Part shown: positions 56,889 through 64,000 of the stretch, piece after piece
Layout of the letters: each line of letters begins with the position of its first letter
How positions within the stretch are numbered: the first letter of the stretch is position 1
NCBI GenBank assembly: GCA_033763455.1
Contig: JANRKO010000060.1
Location: 64,001-128,000 of the forward strand
Direction of reading: 5' to 3'
DNA length: 64,000 bases
Source of the DNA: Polyangiaceae bacterium
GTDB lineage: Bacteria > Myxococcota_A > Polyangia > Polyangiales > Polyangiaceae
Translations under genes and position numbers: made by a program
Notes under the pieces: model-generated
Seen by the model: the letters and a program-made list of their open reading frames with translations, nothing else
The model's database searches: none
What the model was told of the DNA's origin: nothing

Positions 56889-58802
56889 CTATTGCCACCA
56901 CTGGTCGTCGAAAAGGCCTGCACGTGCGGTGCCTGAAGCAGGCTTTTTTGGCGCCGATTGGGCTTCAGTCGCAGAAACGGGAGCTTCTTTTTTGGTGGCA
57001 GCCTTGCTTGTGGGTGCGGGCGCTTCTGAGGGGGCGTCGGTTGCTTGCTCCGCCGGGCGTTTCTTCGGGCGTGAAGCCGTGACGACAGGCCCGGAAGCGA
57101 CAACCGTGGTGGCCACCGCTGGGGGAGCGCTCGCGGCTGGCTGCGCTGGGGACGCGGGAGGGGGAGCAGGGGTAGCGATGTTCGCTGTGGTTGGCACGGC
57201 TGTGGTTGGCGTAGCTGCAGGTGGCACGGCTGTGGCCACAGGCTGCGGTGCGATAACTAAGGGCTGCGGAGCAGGCAAAGGGCTCCGCTCAAGCGCAACG
57301 GGCCTTGCGGTACCGAGCGCCTCTCCTTTTGCGGCGACCGCGCCTTGTTTTGCGCCGCTAGGAAATAGCTGAAATGCCAACAACCCAAGGACACCGATAG
57401 CTAACGCTGCGAGCAACAGATTCGTGGTGCGAGCGCCCGATCGATTGCCGGTGACCTGAGGCTGTGCAGGCGCAGGGAGCGATTGCACCGGGGCTTGTTG
57501 GGCCGGCGCAACGACGGGCGCAGTCGATCCAGCCTGTGCGACCGAAGGCGGGGGAGCCGCTGAAACGACCGGGGAAGGGGGCAAAATCGGCTCTTGATCA
57601 GCCGTGGCGATCGGCGCCGGTGGGGTCGAGACGAACAGGGGCGGAGGCATGCGCGGGGCCTGCGTGCTTGCGCCGGGGAGCGGAGGCGGAGTGCGCGCAC
57701 TCGGAACCTCAGGGAGATCCCATGACCGCGCTTCGGGGCGCTGAGTGTCGCGTTCGTCTTGGCGGGTATAGACCGCTGGGGGCTCGGAGCTACGCGTCCT
57801 CTCTTGCAGCGCTTCCTTTAAGGCGTGCACGGTCTGAAATCGATCATCGCGAGATTTTCGCAAGCAACGGAGTAGTGTGCGCTCCAGGCTCTCCGGAATA
57901 TCCCGCCGTAAGCTTCGAGCGGGCGTTGGTGGATCGGCCACGATCTTCGCCAAGAGGCCTGGCACCGTGCGGTCCTCAAACACAGGTTGCCCCGTGAGCA
58001 ATTCGTACAAGATCGCCCCGAGGCTCCATACATCGGTGCGAACATCTAGGTGGCCGGGATCTCGCGCGTGCTCTGGCGCCAGGTAACGCAGCGAAAGTGG
58101 GACCGAAGCCATCGATAACATCCCGGCGCCGGCGCTTCCGAGATCTGTGGCTTCAGTGCTGGAGGTGGTGAACCCGACGATGCGAATGATGGGTGAGCCG
58201 TCCGCGGAGCGACACACGAAGATATTTTCAGTGCTGAGCCCGCCGTGAATCACGTTCAAATCATGGGCAGCTGCAACGCCCACGCACGCCTGGAGGATGT
58301 AGTCGACGGCTTCCGGTATGGGTAGGGCTCCTCGTACCTTGATCACCTGCGCCAGATCTGGACCAGTGGGCTGCTCGGTGACCATGTAGGGCGGGCCAAA
58401 ATCGAGCATCCCCACGTCTAAGACGCGCGCGACGTGTTCACTTCGAACCTGGGAAAGACGACGCGCCCCAGTAAGGAAGTCGCCAACGGCATCAGGGAAG
58501 GCAAGAGCCTCCGGGCGAAGGTATTTCAACGTGGCGGCTTCATCCAGCACGAGGTGCCTCACCTGCAGCAAGGTCGCGAGCCCAACGTCGGCGATGCGGC
58601 GTTCGACCCGATACTTACCAGCTACCACTTCGCCGGGCCGAACGTGTCGACGTGCTCGCACAAGTGCAGCGGAGTGCGGTGGCACGGAATACGAACGCTG
58701 AGAACTCACTTGATGGTCCCGCGGTTCTTCATCGAGCAACTCGTCCTCGCGAACGTCCAGCTCTTCCTCAGCGGCTAATACACTCCGAAACGATTCGTTC
58801 AT
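56889..58802 (-). CDS. Membrane-anchored Ser/Thr kinase-like protein, probably a pseudokinase
   Basis: Kinase-fold residues retained (GKYRV, TLK, SEHVARVLDVG, YLAPE, DVWSLG), but HGGLSTEN and IVGF replace HRDLKPEN and xxDFG. Pro-rich linker, TM, and A/P/T-rich tail. GAGGAG RBS. Confidence 0.85.
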   Translation of the reverse strand: MNESFRSVLAAEEELDVREDELLDEEPRDHQVSSQRSYSVPPHSAALVRARRHVRPGEVVAGKYRVERRIADVGLATLLQVRHLVLDEAATLKYLRPEALAFPDAVGDFLTGARRLSQVRSEHVARVLDVGMLDFGPPYMVTEQPTGPDLAQVIKVRGALPIPEAVDYILQACVGVAAAHDLNVIHGGLSTENIFVCRSADGSPIIRIVGFTTSSTEATDLGSAGAGMLSMASVPLSLRYLAPEHARDPGHLDVRTDVWSLGAILYELLTGQPVFEDRTVPGLLAKIVADPPTPARSLRRDIPESLERTLLRCLRKSRDDRFQTVHALKEALQERTRSSEPPAVYTRQDERDTQRPEARSWDLPEVPSARTPPPLPGASTQAPRMPPPLFVSTPPAPIATADQEPILPPSPVVSAAPPPSVAQAGSTAPVVAPAQQAPVQSLPAPAQPQVTGNRSGARTTNLLLAALAIGVLGLLAFQLFPSGAKQGAVAAKGEALGTARPVALERSPLPAPQPLVIAPQPVATAVPPAATPTTAVPTTANIATPAPPPASPAQPAASAPPAVATTVVASGPVVTASRPKKRPAEQATDAPSEAPAPTSKAATKKEAPVSATEAQSAPKKPASGTARAGLFDDQWWQ

Positions 58803-58933
58803 GGTGCTCCTCGGGGAGCTATACGCCGTAAAGGGCGGACTCGCTCCAGCAAATTCTGCTACAAATAGGCGACATCCATGACGCGAGCGTGACGATCTGA
58901 TTCGCTGCGCGTCCGGCCTGCGTGACCGCTAAC

Positions 58934-59785
58934 TCAGCGCTTTACCAACAACGCGTTGTCGAACAACACTTCGAAGCTTGGCTGTTGGAATGGTTTGGTA
59001 ACGCCCAAGCTAAACAGTACTGATTGGGCGTTGTCGGGCGCGGTAACCACTTGGCTCAGAGTTGTCCACTTCCCAACCTCACTCGTGCTGCCACCTTCAG
59101 CCACTGACAGGAAGCCCGGAGTGGTGCAGTTCGATGAGCTAAACCAGCGTAGAGCAAGGCCGCCGTTGCCGGTTCCCTGGCCGCCCGCGATGAACAACTG
59201 AACACCAACGTCGTAGGTGCCGGGCGTAATCGAGATGCACTGGCGGGTGTATTCGACGACCTGAAGTATGGACGTGCTAGATACAACCGTGAGCTGAACC
59301 TTGACCGCCCCCGAGCCCTGATAGGAGCCAGCATCTTGCTCAGCGGCCCAGGTTTGCGTGATGTGTGGATCAGGTAGCCAGAATTCTAGGTTCTGCGCGA
59401 AATCTCCGTTCTGGGCGAGTGACTCCTCGCAATCCAGGACGCGATTCCCATTTAGATCTGGGCATTTCAGAAGTATCGGTGGTCCCGCCCCACCAGAACC
59501 CATTGAACCCACGCCTGCCGTGCCCGCGTGCCCGGCGTTCCCGACCGCACCTCCAGAGGGGCCTATCGGAAGTGCCCCGCCAGCTGATGCGCCGCCCCTG
59601 CCAGCAAGGTTAGACTCAGCACCAGCTTCACCGCCAGCGCCCGAACCTCCTGCGATCGCTCTGCGTACTGAGATCGGTAGAGCCAGGGCACGATCGTCCA
59701 CGGCGCAGCCGCCACCAAGTATCACGGGGCTTATGCTTGCGAGGCCGAAACAGAGCAGCCTGGCAGCGCATCGTGGTCGTGACAC
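58934..59785 (-). CDS. Putative lipoprotein with Gly-rich linker and C-terminal jelly-roll (carbohydrate-binding-like) domain
   Basis: Signal ending GGGC; Gly-rich stretch; NGDF...W..., QCISITPG.Y, WTTLS...AP..AQS...FDN. Confidence 0.7.
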   Translation of the reverse strand: MSRPRCAARLLCFGLASISPVILGGGCAVDDRALALPISVRRAIAGGSGAGGEAGAESNLAGRGGASAGGALPIGPSGGAVGNAGHAGTAGVGSMGSGGAGPPILLKCPDLNGNRVLDCEESLAQNGDFAQNLEFWLPDPHITQTWAAEQDAGSYQGSGAVKVQLTVVSSTSILQVVEYTRQCISITPGTYDVGVQLFIAGGQGTGNGGLALRWFSSSNCTTPGFLSVAEGGSTSEVGKWTTLSQVVTAPDNAQSVLFSLGVTKPFQQPSFEVLFDNALLVKR

Positions 59786-60982
59786 CTAGAAGCTCCCCTC
59801 GACGATGGCGCCGGTAAGCGAGCGGCCATTGTCTCCCAAGAGCGGCCCGACCCGGACGCCAGACTTCTGGTGCTTCGGTGCGTAGACATCTGAGAGGATC
59901 AAGAAGCCTCCTACAGCTAACGCCACACCTCCGAGCCCGACGCCGATAAGCCCCTTGGTGCGAGCACTTCGGGCCTCTCGCACGAGCTCCGTATGGCGCG
60001 TGATCTCCGCCACGGTGCAACCCTGGCTGCTGGGGCATACGGCCTTCGCGTCCGCGTTGGAGCTCGAATAATCAGCAAGAAAAGCGAAACCCACGGCACT
60101 AGAGAGGACGCCGTAGCCGGCGATCGCGTAGCCCAGGTATGGTGGAGAACTCTCTTGTGTCTGAATTACCCCACTGTCTTTTGGCACAGCCGCAGGCGTA
60201 GCCCCAGCGGTTGAAGTGGTTCGGCTTCGCGTTGTTGCCGGCGTGGAAGACGGGCGCTTGGGGCGCTCATCGACTCCGATGAGCGCAGCGTTTGTTGCGG
60301 CTTGGGGAAGCTCGTCGGTGAGCGGCGGGATCTTCACCGAGATAATGGATGGGCACACGGGTACCTCAACTTCAACGGACCACGGAAGCTTTCCCGGAGC
60401 CGAGGCTTGAAGGCTGTACGTGCCGCTAGTGACATAGGAGCCTCGATCCCACGCGCTCGGCTCAATTACCTCACCATCTCGACGCACGATCAGCGACTTT
60501 ACGGGCTTGTCCGCCAAGATCCGCAACTTGCAGAGTCGAGGTTTCAGCAGCTCTGCGCGATTTGAGGCCTCCGCCTCGCGGGCGCTGTCCCCGGATGCGC
60601 GCATTGCTTCGGCAACTTTCAGAAAAAGCGCCCTCGCTTCCACAAGCTTGCCGCGCCGTTCGAGGCAATCAGCGAGATTAAATTGGGTGGTTACGCGTGG
60701 CACCAAGGAAAGGCTTTGCGTGAACAAGAAGCAGGCCTCCTCCACCTCACCATTCTTAGCCTTGGCGAGACCATCGAGGAAAAGCGTGCGAGCTTCTGCC
60801 TCCTTGGGGTCCGCAATTTCAGACGGCTCCGCGTGAGCAGACGGACATAAAGTGACCGCCATAAGCAGCGATGCGAGTAGCCCGACTCCCCACCTTTGGC
60901 TCCAGAACCCTCTTCGCAATGCCCGCGCCATCATTTTGGGTTGCCGGAAGCTAGTCGAGTTCACTTCTCCTTGATGTGACAA
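59786..60982 (-). CDS. Exported TPR-domain protein with PEGA-like domain and C-terminal hydrophobic segments (myxobacterial type)
   Basis: EARTLFLDG...EACFLFTQS...FNLADCLERRGKLVEA; GTYSLQASAPGK; ends in a beta-strand GAIVEGSF. The true start is possibly 60934 or 60931. Confidence 0.78.
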   Translation of the reverse strand: MSHQGEVNSTSFRQPKMMARALRRGFWSQRWGVGLLASLLMAVTLCPSAHAEPSEIADPKEAEARTLFLDGLAKAKNGEVEEACFLFTQSLSLVPRVTTQFNLADCLERRGKLVEARALFLKVAEAMRASGDSAREAEASNRAELLKPRLCKLRILADKPVKSLIVRRDGEVIEPSAWDRGSYVTSGTYSLQASAPGKLPWSVEVEVPVCPSIISVKIPPLTDELPQAATNAALIGVDERPKRPSSTPATTRSRTTSTAGATPAAVPKDSGVIQTQESSPPYLGYAIAGYGVLSSAVGFAFLADYSSSNADAKAVCPSSQGCTVAEITRHTELVREARSARTKGLIGVGLGGVALAVGGFLILSDVYAPKHQKSGVRVGPLLGDNGRSLTGAIVEGSF

Positions 60983-61012
60983 GTTGGGGGCAGATTGGTG
61001 GCGTTCATATTG

Positions 61013-61444
61013 TTATTCGCAAGTTATCGGAACGATCCCCGAAATTGAATCGCAGCTCCCGTTACTGACGGTCACGTGAACATCAAAGGAGCCGGGCTCG
61101 GTACAGGTATAGGTTGAATTCGCTTCAGAAGGGGCTGAAATGGTGCCTCCGCTTGCAGACCAGTTGTAGTCGAGCGTGCCGCCTTCAGGATCCACTGCGC
61201 GCGCGAAAAGTAAGGCGTGTGTCCCGATCTTTAAGTTTGTGGGTGCCACAATTGCGAACTCAAGCTCTGGACACTGATTCTGGGTGATTCCCACGATCAC
61301 AGGCGTTCCCCGCGGCGGACGATTGCCCGAAACGTTTGGCTTAAAGGAAAATGGATCTTCTTGGCCGTAATAGTCTCCGCAAGCCAGCAAAAGGGCAGTG
61401 CTGAATACCGCAAGAACAAGCTCTCCAAAGTAAGCGTCGCGCAT
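61013..61444 (-). CDS. Small lipoprotein with Ig/PKD-like domain
   Basis: Lipobox LLAC; NQCP...DPEGGTLDYNWSASGGTI...TYTCTEPG...VTVSNGSC. Confidence 0.75.
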   Translation of the reverse strand: MRDAYFGELVLAVFSTALLLACGDYYGQEDPFSFKPNVSGNRPPRGTPVIVGITQNQCPELEFAIVAPTNLKIGTHALLFARAVDPEGGTLDYNWSASGGTISAPSEANSTYTCTEPGSFDVHVTVSNGSCDSISGIVPITCE

Positions 61445-61651
61445 TAGGCGGCCGGGACCGTATCATTTAACGACGCTCCCTGTTGAGTCGCCAAGAAGTG
61501 TTCACGTGTTCTTCACACGTTGTTAGATGTGCGTTTAGTTCGTATGCAATGAGTGAAAACCCCCAAAGCGCCCCAACACGTCACGACAATGTGACTTCGC
61601 GGCTCGTCCGTTCGCCGTAGATTCCGGCAAAGCATGGCGAGGAGAGCCCCT

Positions 61652-63514
61652 ATGAAGACATTCTCGGTAGCACGCTGGGTGGGATTTCTTTTCCTGGTTG
61701 GCGCCAACGCGGGCGCGGCCCCGCTCATTGGATCGGACGACTTGGCAACGGTGACGCAGCAAGTGTTAGCCAGTTGCGCCGGGGCAACTGGGATTACTCC
61801 CACTTTTGGAACCTCCGCCCAAGCGGAAGCTGCTTTAGCCCAGCGCATCCAAGAAGTCGCGCCGATGACGCGTCCTCTTGACCCAGCCCCTACCTGTGGA
61901 GGGCCGAATGCGAAGGAAAGCGAGGGCGTGGTGTTCGGTTTGGATGCGGCGGTCGCCCTGGGCGCACAGGCGGAGGTGGGCTCTTGTGCCTTAGCGTATA
62001 GCCGTACGCTGGCTGTCACGGACCAAAATGGTAACCCGGGGTTAGATTGTCCGGATTGCAGTGCAGGCTTTTATCAACTCACCGATTGGCGCGATGTCTT
62101 GCGTGTGCTCCTCGCTGGAATGACCCACGGCGCAGGCTCTGATCTTGCCTCCCAGCAGTGCAATAGTGATGTGCGTCACACACTGGCTAACTCCTGGGCG
62201 TCGTTGTTTCAGGGGGAATGCGGTGCTTCGGGGTGTACCGCTTTGCGCCACATCTTTCGAGCGGAGGACACAGCGGAAGTGTCCGTTACCCTCTTGAAAC
62301 TTCTTTCCTTGCCATCCCCCGTAGTGGATGCGGCAGGTGAGCCAATTTCTACCCCATTTTGCAATGGCGGCACTTACGACGACAATGACCCGGTCCGCCG
62401 CCCGTGCTCCGATGCTGAAGGAGTGTGCGGCGCCGATGGGACACTCGGCTTACTCCTGCCCGCGGCACCAGTGAAGAATGCTCCCGCATCCGCCGCGTAT
62501 CCAACAATGCCCTGTAGCACAGGGGTGTACGAGTGGCGTCCAGCTCCAAGCTCGGAACTCTCCTCTTGCCCCGGCGGTGGCCTCAACGTCTTCACCCTGT
62601 GTTTGGTACCAGGCCTAACACTGCCGGACGGCACCGTTAGCCATCAGTGCTACAAGTCAGAAGCCAACGATGCGCCGTTTTTCACGCCTAACAGCGTAAA
62701 TACAAGGGTTTTTAACAAGTATCTCAGAAATCCCAACGGCTCGTTAGTGATCGATAACCAAGGCCGCGAGGTCTATGGTGCGTTCTACCGTTTGCACAGC
62801 GCCTCCGCGCTTTCACCTTCCGGGCGGCTGTGCACCGAAGCGGATGCACAAGGTGCGCTTGGGTGCTTGCCACAAGCGAGCCAGTGTAGCCTTAGCCTCG
62901 CCCGGCGCGTGGCCACTCGCCAGGCTGGAAGCCACGCGCTTCCGATCAATGCCGTTTCTCCAACGGACGCCAACGTGCGGAAGATCTTGCAGAAGCCTGT
63001 GCCCGGGGATGCATATCCTCTTTCGAGCAAGCTTCTGATGAACACGATGGTGGGCTCTGAAGAAGTGGTGAGTCTACCGCAAAAGAACCTGTACGAATGT
63101 TTTCGCCGACAACTATTCGCCGAGACGCCCGTGTTGAATGCAGGCTACGTTTCCATTCAGCAGAATGGGATCTGCGAAGATTTCGATGAGCGCCAGTGTG
63201 GCGCGGTGTTCAACAAGAATAACTGCAAAAAGGGCATTAATTTTTGCCCCAGCATAGGGCTGGTAACTGCCTTTCCACTCCAAGTTGCCGTGGGCGGTAC
63301 CGTGTTCTTGTCGGGCTCTGCCAGTGATATTGATGATCCGTTTTCGGATCTGCAAGTGGCGTGGAGCGCGCCCTTTGGCACCTTTGCTGATTTTCGCTCG
63401 CTCGCGACTACCTATACGTGCACTCAAGTTGGCACTGCTCAGCTCAAGCTGACCATCTGGGACGGGGCATGCGATGATGTTTTTTCTGTGTCTGTAACCT
63501 GCGTGGCTCCGTAA
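61652..63514 (+). CDS. Secreted Cys-rich protein, possible periplasmic-binding-like region, with a C-terminal Ig/PKD-like domain
   Basis: GAGGAG RBS before the ATG at 61652; signal peptide ending AGA; many Cys; the C-terminal domain aligns with the 61013..61444 product. Confidence 0.75.
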   Translation: MKTFSVARWVGFLFLVGANAGAAPLIGSDDLATVTQQVLASCAGATGITPTFGTSAQAEAALAQRIQEVAPMTRPLDPAPTCGGPNAKESEGVVFGLDAAVALGAQAEVGSCALAYSRTLAVTDQNGNPGLDCPDCSAGFYQLTDWRDVLRVLLAGMTHGAGSDLASQQCNSDVRHTLANSWASLFQGECGASGCTALRHIFRAEDTAEVSVTLLKLLSLPSPVVDAAGEPISTPFCNGGTYDDNDPVRRPCSDAEGVCGADGTLGLLLPAAPVKNAPASAAYPTMPCSTGVYEWRPAPSSELSSCPGGGLNVFTLCLVPGLTLPDGTVSHQCYKSEANDAPFFTPNSVNTRVFNKYLRNPNGSLVIDNQGREVYGAFYRLHSASALSPSGRLCTEADAQGALGCLPQASQCSLSLARRVATRQAGSHALPINAVSPTDANVRKILQKPVPGDAYPLSSKLLMNTMVGSEEVVSLPQKNLYECFRRQLFAETPVLNAGYVSIQQNGICEDFDERQCGAVFNKNNCKKGINFCPSIGLVTAFPLQVAVGGTVFLSGSASDIDDPFSDLQVAWSAPFGTFADFRSLATTYTCTQVGTAQLKLTIWDGACDDVFSVSVTCVAP

Positions 63515-63833
63515 TCGGCCCTCGATTCGAACAGGCTGTTCGTTTGGCTACAGGTTCGATGGTTCGCACTGCGTGATTAGTTCACATTGTTTGTGTGAAT
63601 GCTGCCTACGTGTGCAGCACTATTAGTGCATCTCATGCGCTTAATGCACTTGTGCTACGCGATTGTCTTGATCGTTGCGGTGACATTCTCAAGCGCTTTT
63701 GCAGGGTATTCGCCTTCCTGGCGTCGTACATGGACCCCGCAAATGTAACATCGTTGCTGTTTGAATTCGGTTATACGAGTCGCGCTGCCAATTCTGGGCA
63801 GAGTAAGAAATTCAATACTGGAGGTCATTCATC

Positions 63834-64000
63834 GTGACTAAATTCTCATTCGCAAAAGCAACAGTACTCGCGTTGGCCAGCATTTGCGGCAGCGCAGCTG
63901 TCGTCGGCTGCTCCACCGGAAGCGATCAACTCGCACAAGGTAGCGTCGGCGAAGTTGGCCTAAACCTCACCATCGCTCCGGGCGTGGTTGTCGACGCCGT
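63834..64000 (+). CDS. 5' part of a lipoprotein gene (runs off the window; absent from the ORF track)
   Basis: GGAGG at 63820-63824 and GTG at 63834. The open frame reads MTKFSFAKATVLALASICGSAAVVGCSTGSDQLAQGSVGEVGLNLTIAPGVVVDA with a VVGC lipobox. Confidence 0.8.
   Translation, partial: MTKFSFAKATVLALASICGSAAVVGCSTGSDQLAQGSVGEVGLNLTIAPGVVVDA

Noticed and set aside
58848..58863. Sigma54-like motif upstream of the pseudokinase (minus strand TGTAGCAGAATTTGCT)
   Set aside because: It lacks the invariant GG at -24.
63524..63570. GGTTCGA motif suggesting a tRNA T-arm
   Set aside because: No cloverleaf, acceptor stem or anticodon arm could be formed.

Overview
A gene-dense, GC-rich (roughly 60% by eye) bacterial chromosomal segment. 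The gene content points to a myxobacterium, probably Polyangiales (inference): several Hanks-type Ser/Thr kinases, a kinase-TPR-GAF-sigma54 activator, Cys/Gly-rich lipoproteins and pilMNOPQ. Housekeeping genes are glyA, hemL, yacG, hslO, typA and cdsA. Also present are pilMNOPQ divergent from a FliA/WhiG-family sigma factor, a ~14 kb minus-strand run of two complete peptide-ABC transporter sets, a GldAFG-like ABC system with a DUF4340 protein, an AbiEii-type toxin-antitoxin-like pair, an orphan D12-class adenine methyltransferase, an AAA+DUF4143 ATPase, an ArsR-SRPBCC pair and a cluster of secreted or lipoprotein genes at the right end. No tRNA, rRNA, CRISPR array, transposase or integrase was recognised. 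The most notable observations are: (1) two tandem Cys-rich lipoprotein / ferritin-like di-iron fusion genes, each with an identically placed sigma54 promoter (apparently leaderless mRNA) and a shared TGTGCCA-N2-TGTGCCAT upstream repeat, plus a decayed relic of the neighbouring gene that reveals the duplication unit; (2) a protein made of two PARP1-type zinc fingers, translationally coupled to the end of the peptide-ABC operon; (3) an OppF-type ATPase fused through membrane helices to a GspG pseudopilin-like domain; (4) a membrane pseudokinase; (5) an unannotated, internally deleted Uma2 pseudogene. All family calls come from motif recognition by eye, not from database searches.
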